This document shows, piece by piece, positions 25,497 to 38,071 of a DNA stretch of 64,000 nt. The translations under genes and the position numbers were made by a program. The stretch is from Cycas panzhihuaensis (taxonomy: Eukaryota > Plantae > Cycadophyta): assembly GCA_023213395.1 (NCBI GenBank), contig CM041465.1, positions 171,251,741 through 171,315,740 on the forward strand. The letters are read 5' to 3'. Below the pieces are notes generated by a model. That model ran no database searches, was not told where the DNA came from, and saw only the letters and a list, made by a program, of their open reading frames with translations. Positions within the stretch are counted from its first letter, which is position 1, and every line of letters starts with the position of its first letter.

Positions 25497-28341
25497 TTTT
25501 CTATTGTACTTTGAATTTCGATTATGGAGATATCCAATTTGATTTCTTCAACTTTTATGGGAATAAAAGGAATATTGATGATGGTTCTCAAACAAATGAT
25601 AGTATTTGGGCAATATTAAAGTGACCATATTACAAGATCTTTTTTCTATATATTTATATTACTATTTGGTGTTGATTTTTTAGATTTGTCATCATTAGTT
25701 ATTAATCCTGATTTATTGATATTGGGAGGAGTAACATATTTGTTGTCATCAATGTGAGGAGCTAATTTTTCACTAGATGGTTTATTTTTTAATGGAATAA
25801 TTTGGTGATATATTTTATCATTAGATTCCTATTTATTGATATCTTTAGTGGAAATGATATGACGAGTAGGGACATCTCATTTTTAAATTCTCCAGTTCTC
25901 ATCTTTATATACATGCGAAAATGATTTTTTTAGAACCTTCCAATTATTGTTCATATCATGTTCTTGTTTGTTTATCACCTTCATTAATATGTTTGGATGT
26001 GCATCCGTTTGGAAGTTTATTAATTCTTGATTCTTTCTCAGTTATGCTTTTTCCTTTTGAATTATTACTAGTAATATTATATCATTAAGGCTTATTAGTT
26101 TCATAGATGAATCTAGTTCTGATTGATGTTCGAATGTCATTTGATGAGGGGTTTTTTTACTTCATTTATTTTTTACTTCACTAGATTTTCTTTAGGGATC
26201 AATTCAGTAGTAAATTCTATTTATAGTTTAGGAACAATAGTGTCATTCTCTTTAAATTGGTTTTTAAATGCTATTGAGAATAGTTCCCAAGTTATAGTTT
26301 TATGGTTTTCATTTTTCTGTTCTTGTGACTAATTTTGCCACTAGTTGAATGCCATTTTATACATGTGTAGTGCGATATATAATATTTTTTTCTTCATCGT
26401 TTGTGATGTTTTGATGTAAGAAAAAGTCTTCTAGCTCTTGCAACCATTTAAGGGTATATTCCTTTAGTCCATAGAACTGAGAGATGCTAAAATTTTTCTT
26501 AATCTTCTAATCTATCTAGTAAAGTAATCGTAATTTGATGTATTCGACTTTTGACATGTCTTGTCTATGTGCTTGATTTAAATAGTCTAATTCTTTCAAA
26601 TATTTTGATAGAGAATATTCCATGGTAACATTTTAAAAGAAATATCGTCATTATTTTTATGTTATATTATGTAGATATTAGATGATATGAGGTAACGTAA
26701 GTTATGATTTAGGTATAAATAATAATTGATATGAAAGTAGGTTAAGCCTCTTAATCAGTACAATATATTATGATTGGATCATCCTACACGTAATTCTAAC
26801 TCTAAACTTAATAAATGAACAATATATTTATGTCGTTGGTCCTTTGATTATGATTATATATGTATCACTATACTACCTTATGCAAATATAAGTAAGGTAA
26901 CTATGGCCCTTATTAAAAGCACTTAGAATATTTAATAATAAAAAGGATTAATTGATTATATAAGTGATGTGATTTAATAAATGATTATAAGTACTTATAA
27001 ATAATTTATGTTAAATAATAATATAAACAATTCTAAGGTAAATATGAAGAACAATGTGCAGTATATTTATCTATTGAAATATATTATGAATATGCGATGT
27101 ATAAGTGTTAATAATGATATGGAAAGTGATTATATCATATATTTTATTATTTATGAATGATGGCACAAATGCTAAGAGATAAATATAAATAATTATAAAT
27201 GAATATAAATAACAATGCATAATATATTTAGACTGTTGAGAGATATTATCAATATATTATATATATGAGAAAAAAAATATTTTTTAATAAGTCACGTATA
27301 AAAAGTACGAAGAAAGGGGCATCGAATAGAATAAAGAAAAGTGAATTTCAGAAATGATGTACTAGATTATTAAGGCGACTATGTATAATACAATATGTCG
27401 ATTGAATATAAGTAGTGATACTGGTATTATTAATGCTATCATAATATTATTCCATATATTATTTATACACACTATAAATAGGCTAGATGGACATAACAAG
27501 ACTGAATGCTAATGATTTATTTACCGAACAATGGATAGAGTGAAGAATTGAACAACCCAAGAGGATAGCCTAACAGATGGCTGCTGAAATAATAGCAAAT
27601 AACATACTATGATGTTGAGTGATAAATTTTGGCTATGTATCACAAGTAGATATCTAACTAACTTGTGGACGATAAGAATTTTATATAGGATATTATTTAT
27701 AATGGTCACTGATATATTAATATAAATGTGTAAATAAGCATTAAAGTGATTAATATTGTATAATATTTTATACAATATTATACGAATGGAGTAATATATT
27801 GATAATTATGAGTGCCCTCCTATACTTTTATATGGTTACATGCTATGAATGTATATGGCATAAAATGTTATTAGTTTATGCCTCTAGCAACAATGACACT
27901 ATAAGCTCTTACATAAGACTTGATCACAAATTTTTTATTTTATTTATAGTACCAAGCTCTTGTATTAGTCAAATTCAATTGTAGTTGTTTGGCACTAAGG
28001 TGTGATGTTAAATAAGATGTTATCACAGTGTTGAAGTGCTAAGATATATATATATATATATATATATAATAGTTTATAGCACTATCAGAATTTGGGCTCT
28101 GATACCACTTGAGGTAACCCAACCTATTCACGCTTATAAATAGGAGGCTAGGTTAGTCAAGATTGAATATAACCAAAGGATAATTGATTAATAATTAATA
28201 AATGATTAATGATGCTTGATATTACATTGACCCTATATATTTATAATCTATCTATAGAAGGTCGTGTCCATTTACAAATAGACATGACCCTTCACTTAAT
28301 TTAATTATAATTGTTTATTCTTAAATACACCATTTAGGCTC
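24918..28341 (-). mobile_element. Gag-only LTR element, copy 2
   Basis: LTRs at 24918-25155 and 28110-28341, rc PBS at 28096-28107. The gag stops of copy 1 read KWLQE and ITWE here. Confidence 0.8.
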
Positions 28342-29095
28342 CATGGAAGTTGAATACAAAGTAATTATTCATGTCAACACTACAATAATTTGGCTATGCA
28401 AGATTCTTGTAGAGCTTGGACTTCATTAGACTCAAGCCACCACTCTCTTTTGTAACAATCAAAGTGTTTTGAAGATGACTAAGAATCTTGTCTTCCATAT
28501 GACAACTGAATACATAGAAGTAAATCATTACTTCATCTATAAGCATATGCAAAATAGAGAAGTTGACTTAGTATGCTAACTGGCTAAGGACCAAGTGATA
28601 GATATCTTCACCAAAACACTTGGGAGACCAAAGTTCAAAAGGTTTTGGCATGACCTCGATGTCAAAACAAATAGAGTTATCATTGAGGGAGGTGTTAAAA
28701 CATTAACAACACCTCATTTATAATTATATTTTTATGCATCTTATATCATTGATATATCGTGATATAATTCAAATGTAATATAATATTATCTCAGATCTAT
28801 CCCCTTACAAAAAAATAGGCTAATAATATTTTTCCATTATATCAACCACTAAGATTTATTTGTAAGGCATATCTTCATCTCTAAATTATACCTGAACACC
28901 CTCATTTATACATTAAATTGTTATATATACAGAAGCTCCATCAGAATATAGATTGACGGTGTAATTAGTTTACCCATCGTAGTTCTTTGTTATCAATTTG
29001 CTTTGTTCTGTTGTCTATTGTATATTATTCGTATTGTTCCTTCTTTTATATTTGTACACACATATGTTATCTTGATCTTGTTTATGAATTTTACA
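28342..29095 (+). mobile_element. Ty1/copia RNaseH end + PPT + 3' LTR (28693-29095), copy 2
   Basis: Paralog of 3455-4218. Upstream part LILKGHRNVDWVGCQD..ILGYCF..IS*SYKKQPNIALS at ~24770-24917. Confidence 0.85.
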
Positions 29096-29861
29096 TAGAG
29101 GTCCTCAATAGAACTTTAGAGATATATCTGTTGTTTTTCCTCAGAACACCAAAATTAATAAAGTTGTTGATTACCTCTAGTAGAATATTGGTATAATTTC
29201 TCACACCACTCTACAATTAACATGCCCTCCTTCATGACCCTATATAGTTATTCCCTACCTTCCCATTAAACATTGACCACTAACTTGCATACAACCTCAA
29301 TATAATAGAAATTGTAAAATATGGGTAAAATCCTAAACACCCTCAAACAAAACTTAGCAATGGCTCAGAGTCATATGAAGCAACATGATGACTATCACTG
29401 CTCTGATTGAATCTTTTCTATTGGTGATATGGTCTTTATTCACCTCCAACTATATAAATAACAATCAGTCTACTACAATAGAAACCATAAACTTAATCCT
29501 TGATACTATGGTTCTTATAAGGTTAGCCTACACATTGATAAAGTTGATTATGCCCTTGAACTCCCTTTTAATACTAAGATCTATAATGTCTTTCACATGT
29601 CATGCCTAAAAACACTCCTTGGAAAGTATATTATATCATAGACCACTCTCCTAAACCTTGTTAAAGAGTAACTCCTAACTATTCCCCTAGACTATATTTT
29701 GGAAACTAAACACCTCCATCTCTAAAATAGGATTGTTTCAAACATTCAGTGTAATTGACTGGCAACATACCTAAAGAAGTGACATGGAATTTGGATGAAT
29801 TCATCAAGAAGCATCCACATTTATTACGTTATGGGGACTCAATGTCTCAGGGTAGGGGGCA
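29096..29861 (+). mobile_element. Chromovirus integrase C-terminus/chromodomain remnant and PPT, copy 2
   Basis: Paralog of 4219-4985 and 33893-34660. Confidence 0.85.
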
Positions 29862-32800
29862 TGTTATATAACGACTAGTTATTAGCAAAACTCTTATTAA
29901 TGTACTCCTTGTTAGTAAGAAGCAGATGTTAATTTTGACCATTAAAATGTGTGTGTGGGTTGCTGAAGGCCATTAATAGAAATAAAGTCTGAATACCTTT
30001 CCAATGTGATTCATTGACTAAACAACCATTTTACCTATTTAAGGCCCTATGGATGTAAAAGAAGGTTAGTTTAGAATATGAAATTACTACCGCCTATTTG
30101 GTACATTTTTTTGGTATTTGTTTTAGTGTTCATTTGTGCTCTTTCTATGTTTTATTCTTCTATTTTATGTTTAGGTGCAAAGAAATACTAGGAGGAACCA
30201 TATTAAGTGGTATTAGAGCTTCGTTATATGATGAAAGGGAGCTATGCAATAGGCAAAAATCAATATATTTTTTTTTAGCCAAATTAAGTATTATGTTTAT
30301 ATAAGTAGAGATTAAGGAAAGACCTTCTCTTAGTACTCTCTCCACACAAAGATTGAGGAATGGAACCAATGAAATTCAAAAGTCATGAAGAAAACGGATT
30401 TTTTTTTTTTTTCCTTGGTAATGCTCAAAGCATATCCTTTGAATTTAATTTAGTTTATTTTAATTATAGTACTTATGTCATCAGCTCAATGGTAGATAAG
30501 GTCACTTGGTGGCTATCCTTTCCCCTTCTACTCCTCATTCTCAGATAGATAACTCTGTATGGAGACCACCCAAAGTAGTTAAGTACATACCTTATACCAG
30601 GGATTTATAAAGATCATAGTAATCTATCATTTTGGCTAAGTGCATTGTGATTTTCCTGCCCCTTATGTAAACCATTCCACATACCTTCGAGTATATAGAA
30701 GGACCCCTACAGGTCGTAAATCCTTCCTAGTATAGGCAACCTATCAGCTACTAAAGTCATATAGTGTAGTGGTTAGTAATTAGCACCACGAAGCTACCTG
30801 CCCTAAACTTTTACATAAGAAGTCTATTAGTAAACTTACAAGACCAAGTATACTTTGTCTAATGGTTAGTGGAATATCTTATTTCTGGTCACATCTTGAT
30901 TCAAATGCTCTACTTCCTACTTATAATTTAAAAATATAGGATAACAGACATTTAAAAAAAAAAAACAAAGTCATCTCATAGTCCATAGGGAATTCTAAAA
31001 TTTAAAATACTTTTTGGATTTAGAAACAATCAATGGAATTATACTTAAGGTAAAAAAATGTCCATGGCCTAAAAATACCCTTAGTGACCTATACATCTTA
31101 TTTTAATTAGCACGTAATGTTGGCCATTTTTCATTAGGGTAGTTTTAACTTAAAATTTTTTGATACAATGGTATATAGGCATCTTGTGAGCTCTACTGGC
31201 AAAAAAATTCACTTAAAATCCATCTATCATATTTTGATAAGCTTCTCATGCTCGTTTTAGTGCACTAAGTAAATCCATTATACTTTCAAGGTCAACAAGC
31301 TATAGACACCCTATCCCCCCCACCTCCCCCTTACTCCCTTCTTATTCCCTCACTCAACTCCCAACTTCTTTAAATCTCTTTCTTCTTAGCTATCCCTATT
31401 TTGTTGCTATGTTCTTTCTTCTTTATGTTGCTTTGTACAATCCTCTTCTCTGCTCTCATCCTACTTCAAATAATCCCATTCTCTCTTAATAACTAGTGTT
31501 TACAATTATCAATGGCACCTAACCAAGCTAACAAATTCTAGATGCTTGAAAATAATCTCAGATATATTAAGGATGAGTTCAAGACCATATAGGAAGAGAT
31601 CACCGTCAATAATGACCAAAATAAAAAAGAATTTGTAGCCATCGAAAGTAATTTTGCAAGTATCAATCTTGACCTTGTAAACTTTTTAAATCTACTTTAG
31701 TAAATAGTCAACTAAGGTAATGCCTTAAATCAAGTAGAGTTATCTAAGCAGTAGTAGGTACCATTGCCTCCTCCATTCTAAAGTCATCAATGATAACAAC
31801 CCTTCCATTACAAGATTAATATTCCTATCTTTGATCAAGATCTAAATAAGAGCAATGTAAGGAGTTGGATTAGTAAATTATAGTCATATTTTCGACTCCA
31901 TCCCATGTTTATCGATGACTAACTCACCTTTACACCTATCCATCTAGATGGATAGGCTCATCATTGGCTTTAGTGGTGGAAGAAGGAGTACCATATGAAG
32001 CAATCCTAAGATCAATTTTGTAAAAGCTTCTTTAAGTAATATCAAGACACATGGAACCATACATTCTTTAGCCAACTCACTCGATAAGACAATCCTCAGT
32101 AATAGAAGCTTTCATAAATAAGTTCTAAGCTCTCTAAAATAGGATTAATATGTAGCTAGATCAACCAACCTTAGTCAAAATCTATGTAGTTAGACTCAAA
32201 GAATACATCTAAAAATATCCTTATTAAATACTTTGAGATGGGCCACAACCATAGCCAAAGCAGTCAAAGCTAAATTCATAGCAGAATGCATATTCATCTC
32301 TTAATAGGATATACTATCATACCATCACTCTCGGTCAATAGATATACAATGACAATGACTTCACTTAGAGGATCATCAGGAGGATTGTCCTACAACAGAA
32401 TGCTCCATAGTAGAACGACCAATAGTAGAACAAACCACAGGATTTGAATAAGTAAGACTTGTTGAAGCCAAGAGAAGCCAAAAAGCTAGTCTTTGCATCA
32501 AATATACAGAAAAATAGACTATTAGATATGGTAGGGTCTGTAAAGCAAAACATATGGTCTTCACCATTGATCCTACAACATTAGTTCATGAAAATCTTGA
32601 TACAGGCAAGGAGCTTGAGGAAGGCCTAGCCATAGAACCCCTTTTTGACCCTAAGTTAGAACCTTAAGTTTCCTTTTCTGCTATTTCCTTTATCATCTCC
32701 TCTACCTCTTGCCCTGAGCCTCTTTGAGTTAGAAGCACCTGAAGAAGATTCATGTCATCATCTTGATCGATAGTGATGTATCACTTAACTCCATCATCAT

Positions 32801-34810
32801 GTCCCTAGCCAAACAACTTAACTTATACATAATGCCAAAAACTAGTTTTACTTACTCCTTACTAGGATACCATAAACTCCACTATACAAGTCTAATTAAA
32901 AACCTCCACATCTATATTGGCAGATATTAATTAGATTCTAATTGTTATGCCCTTTCCATAGGAGGATCAAATGTCATCCTAGGAGTCAAATAGCTCCAAA
33001 CCCTTAGCACTTACAATACTAATAATCCCCCTATTAATCCATTTATTATATTCAAAGACCAATTTGGAGAAATACATAAACTACATGGGTATCACCTACA
33101 AGTGTTCGACTTCACCATATCTTATAAAAAGGCCAAAGAAAATGTCATAGTCGATGCTCTCTCTTGCTTACCTTTAGAATCATCTTAGCCCATATTATAA
33201 GCCATCTTTGCCCTCCAACCTATATGGCTATAAGAATTAACAATAAATAACTAATCTCAAGTAGATTTTGCTAAACGTTCCTTAAAAGTTTAATATCAGA
33301 AGGATTTGACCTTGCACAACACCCATATTCTCTACAAAAATCAAATCTTTATCCATCCATCATCTTCCTTCATTCTTCGTATCTTGACTAAGTACCACAC
33401 CATCCCTTTAGGAGGCCACTCATGTTTTAATAAAACCTATCGATGTATCCAATATGACTTCTATTGGCCTCAAATGAAATCATCCACACCAACCTTCATA
33501 GTAAAATGTGATGTCTACCAACACAGTAAAGAAAATACAAGGGCTTAGCCTAGGCTCCTTTAACCCCTTCAAATTTTGTAAGGTAAATGGCAAGATATTA
33601 CCATGGATTTCATCACAAACCTTCCATCCTTTATTAGAAATGACTCCAGATAGGTAGTCATTGATTGACTAACAAAATATGTATACTTTCTGCTAATCCA
33701 CACATCCTACTAAGCTCCCTGCTTGGCCTACTAACATATCCAATTCATTTTTTGCCTCCACAGTTTTCCATATATTATAGTTTCATATCGGAACCCTAAA
33801 TTCACATCTTCTTTTTTGTAAGAACTCTTCTATGTAGTTGGTACCTCTTTCAACATAAGTTCCTCTTATCACCCCTAAACAAATGGTCAATCTGAGATCC
33901 TCAATAGAACTTTAGAGACATATCTCCATTGTTTTACCTCAAAACACCAAAATTTATGGACCTCCTTGTTAGCTCGAGTAGAATCCTAGTATAATTCTTG
34001 ACACCACTCTGTAATTAGCATTCTGCCCTTCATGGCTCTATATAGTTATCTCCCACCTTCCCATCACACATTGGCCACTAATTTGTATATAACCACAGTA
34101 CAATAGAAATTACAAGACATGGATAAAATTCTAAATACCCTTAGACAAAACTTAGCAATGGATCAGAATTGGATGAAGTAACTTGTTGACTGCCACTACT
34201 CTAATTAAACCTTTTTTGTTGGTGACATGATCTTTATTCACCTCCAACTATATAAGCAGCAGTCACTCTACCACAACAAAAACTGTAAACTTAATCCTCG
34301 ATACTATGGTCATTGCAAGGTTAGCCAACACATTAGTGAAGTCGCTTATGCCCTTGAACTCCCGTCTAATACTAAGATCCATAACTTCTTCTATGTGCCA
34401 TGCCTTAAAAAACTCTTTAGAAAGTCTATTGTACCACATATCACTCTCATAATCCTCACCAAAGAGCAACTCCTAGTCTTTCCCCTAGACTATATTTTGG
34501 AAACTAAACACCACCATCTCCAAAATAAGACCATTTTTGAACATTTGGCGCAATTGACTGGCAATAGACTCAAGGAAATGACATGGGAGCTAGATGAATT
34601 TGTCAAGTAGCATCCATATCTATTACACTGTGGGGACTCAATATCTTAGGAGAGGGGACCTATTACATAACCACTAGTGGTTGGCAGAACTCTTGTGAAT
34701 GTACTCCTTATTAATGAAAAACAAGTATTAATGTTGACCATTAGAATGTATGCGCAGGTCACTTAGGACCACCAATGGAAATAAATGTTAAATGTCTCTC
34801 CAATGAGATT
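29862..34810 (+). mobile_element. Ty3/gypsy chromovirus with RT/RNaseH deletion (5' LTR 29862-~30205, PBS 30208-30219, gag ~31512, PR, IN-chromodomain, PPT, truncated 3' LTR 34661-34810)
   Basis: gag KINIPIFD...RSWISKL*SYF...IHLDG*AHHW; PR HVIILIDSDVSLN and GGSNVILGVK*LQTL; direct jump to RNaseH tail LQVFDFTISYKKAKENVIVDALS; IN HHCC (HTIPLGGH...CDVYQ), WQDITMDFITNLP, SSSYHP*TNGQSE, PRYYG; chromodomain-like EMTWE. Confidence 0.88.
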
Positions 34811-36294
34811 TAGACATAGGTTGAAAATTTTTAATTCTAATCAATTCTAACTATAGATGTTCTTATGTATATTTATTAGCCTTGAACAATTACTATTATC
34901 TATTACATATATACATACATTTACATTTTGATATTAGTCACATAGATGAAGTAAATTGGTGATAGGTGTAGTTAGTACTTTCACTAACACCTTGAAGATG
35001 ATTCATATGTAGAGTGATTTAAACTTTTTAAAACTATATACAAATATAAGAGCCATTTAAATGAAAAAGGTGATATTAATTTTTAAATGTAGTTTTGATT
35101 TTAAAAATAATTTTGGTCTTCATTGTTAGCATATGCAAGTTTGAATCTAAAAGCAATTGTTCTATTTATTGTCTTTATTATTAGAAAATACAAAATGAAG
35201 AATTAAGGTAGAAGAAAATATTTAGTGTATCTAAAAGTTGCTTTTAGAATTATTTTGACTTATGGGGCCTTACCCTATTAACATTTAGGGTTAAATATAA
35301 ACACCTACCACGACTTTGAACAAGCTTAGGCACATGAAAAAGTAAGTTTTTGTGCACACTAAGTAGATGTGTTTATTTAGGAAATCAAACCCTTATACCT
35401 TAGTCATTATGACATAGGTTTCATATTTTTTGGGCAATATTTTCAAGGATAAGACCATGAAAGGAGAGAGGTAATGATGAATTTTAGAAATAACAATATA
35501 TATCTTGATTTTGTGTATAAGTTTTTTAAGGAGACATGAACATAAGCATATGAACTTCTCTTTACTTGGGCATTTCCACCTTAGTGCACCTCTAGTTATT
35601 GTCCTATATTGTGCACTTATTATGACTCTCTTACCTATCTTATTTTTAGTATTTATGTACCATTTTCAAGGATTAAATGGAGGAATACAAGAAGTGTCGA
35701 TAGATTTCAATGTAACTTTAAAGGTGATTCTAATAGTGCTAATGCACATGTAGCTTCTTAACCACATACATATGCATGCCATGATTTACTCCTATTTAAA
35801 TCCCATAGTACTTTGATTCTTATGTCCATGACTTATGCTTGTATTTTAGCCACATATATTTTCATTATAAATTTGTATGCATATTGGTTTAAATGATATT
35901 GTGACAACATCATTGAATGACCTTTTCTTTCACATTAAATATGCACATATGAATTTGGAGGAAAGTATAACGTTAAAGTCTATGGTCTTCTCCTTTGTGT
36001 TGAATATGTATTCATTATTGTTTTGAATTTACTTTGATTATCATTGCCACCCAAGTGTAATTTCCTCATTATTTCTAGATACCATTTTATTGAGTGCAAG
36101 TTGCATTTGTTTGTCCTCTTTTTTTCTTTGTGTTTCAGTTATTCAACCTAGATTGCTTGTAGTATGGAACACGTTATTTGTACTTACCTTATCACACTAC
36201 TTATATTCCTTAATTGCCTAGAATTATTGGGCTAGATTATTGACCATGTGAATTTAAGATGCATGTATGCATATGAGCTCAAGGGAGATCAAGG

Positions 36295-36432
36295 CATTAA
36301 AGTGTGTGGCATGTTGGCTTTTTTATATACATAGTTTATATTCCTAGTCCGTTCTCATCCTTATCATTAAAGTGTGTGGCATGTTGGCTTCTTTATATAC
36401 ATAATTTATATTCCTAGTCCCTTCTCATCCTT
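36295..36432. repeat. 70-bp tandem duplication upstream of RLK copy B
   Basis: CATTAAAGTGTGTGGCATGTTGGCTT...CTCATCCTT occurs twice in tandem. Confidence 0.93.
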
Positions 36433-36458
36433 GTCACATATTATAATTGTAGTTGTCA

Positions 36459-36646
36459 AGTCAATTTTACCTATAGCATGTTGTATCCATGCATCTTCCC
36501 TTTTCTAATGTTGCTTGACTAATTTAAACCCCATTTAGAAGCATATGTGGCTTACTTAAGTGGTCAAGTTTCTCTTTGGGTCAACCACTTTCTCTTCATG
36601 GGTATTCACACTTGGGATACATTTATCTTTGATTGCCTATATATAT
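36459..36646 (+). promoter_or_regulatory. W-box cluster and TATA box of the RLK promoter
   Basis: TTGACY/RGTCAA at 36459, 36515, 36562 and 36579 (another at 36240). TATATATAT at 36638-36646, ~57 bp before the ATG at 36703. Confidence 0.65.
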
Positions 36647-36702
36647 GGGTTTGAAGGAGGTTAACCCACACATACCCCTAAGATTCATTTTAATTTTTGA
36701 AG

Positions 36703-38071
36703 ATGCATCTCTTATTGTTATTTGTTCTGTCCTCCCTTAGATTCCTTCTATCATGCTCAACTCTTGCCCAAGCATCTCATTTTAATCCTCATCCCCACCT
36801 CAACAATGCTACTGATCGGCAGTCTCTTTTAGCATTCAAGGCTTCGATGATGTCTGATCCTAACGATGTATTAGGCAATTGGGATTCTAATGCAACCTTC
36901 TGCAATTGGAGAGGCATTTGGTGCAGTTCAAGAAGAGAAAGAGTGGTGGCCATAAATCTCCAAAGCAAGGGCTTAAGAGGTACCATCACACCCCCTTTTT
37001 AAAAAATCTCTCGTTTTTGCACACTCTACGACTTGCTAATAATAGTTTTTATGGTCCCATTCCACACGAATTAGGAAGCCTCCGAATGTTAAGAACCCTT
37101 TCATTGCCGATCAACGAGTTAGAGGGTCCCATTCCGACGTCACTCGCTAACTGTAGCAAACTGGAAATCTTAGCTCTCTCGTTCAACCAGTTGAGCGGAA
37201 TCATTCCGCCTGAGCTATCTCTTCTTACAGGTTTACGTATACTTCACCTCGAGGGAACCATTCCTCAATCGTTGGGAAACCTCTCTGCCCTGGTGGAATT
37301 GGACTTGGGGGTGAACAATCTCCAAGGTGTCATTCCCCCTCGGTTGGGTCTCCTCATCAATCTACAGTCCCTTTTGATTAGCGAGAATCATCTGAGCGGA
37401 CACATTCCACCGTGCCTCTCCAACTGCACTCTGCCCTCTCCGAATTGGATTTGTACGACAACCATTTGACGGGAACGATTCCCGTGGAGTTGGGCGCCAG
37501 GCTCCTCAATCTGCAATTACTCTCTCTCTGTGGAAGAACCAGCTGAGTGGTAGCATTCCGGAGTCTGTGGGCAACTGTACGCAACTCACAAAACTTGCCC
37601 TGAACGAGAATCAACTGACAGGTGCAGTGCCTTGGGTACAGTTGCCTTGGGTACAGTACCCGGTGGCCTTGGGTAAGTTGCATCTTCTTGAACGCCTTTA
37701 TTTGCATAATAATCGACTTGCCAATTGCTCCGTGAGAACGGATTGCCCGTTCTCACGGCACTCGCCAATTGCTCCGTCCTCGAAGAAATACATTTGAATT
37801 CCAATAATCTCACGGGCGTGTTGCCCCCTTCCATAGGCCGACCGTCTACCAATCTCTCCGTTTTGTGGGATTACTCTCCTCCAAAGAATCACCAGAAGAC
37901 CGATCGAGCATGAGAGCGGTGGTGGGGGCATTCGAGAGTATCAAGCAGAGCTTTGAAGGAACCACACTGTCTGCCAGATTTGCATCGGACATATGGCATT
38001 TAGTGGCCAATACAAGTGCTGCTGGCGGAGGGTCGGAATCCCGAATACAAGTACATCTACTCTCTAGGTAG
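36703..38071 (+). pseudogene. LRR receptor-like kinase pseudogene fragment B (LRR-XII-like): signal peptide, LRRNT, N-terminal LRRs, fused to kinase C-terminal tail
   Basis: MHLLLLFVLSSL... signal peptide; NATDRQSLLAFK..DP..VLGNW..FCNWRGIWC LRRNT; ~10 LRRs with frameshifts (~36995, ~37430, ~37525, ~37735). Internal deletion at ~37865 joins PSIGRPSTNLSVL to GLLSSKESPEDRSSMRAVV (kinase subdomain XI tail). Confidence 0.93.

Larger units (their letters stand above)
24883..30764 (+). repeat. Segmental duplication copy B (homologous to 1-5818)
   Basis: Collinear alignment by eye. Confidence 0.93.

Noticed and set aside
36789-37931. Several minus-strand and alternate-frame ORFs over the RLK
   Set aside because: Shadow frames of GC-rich RLK coding sequence; no independent homology recognised.
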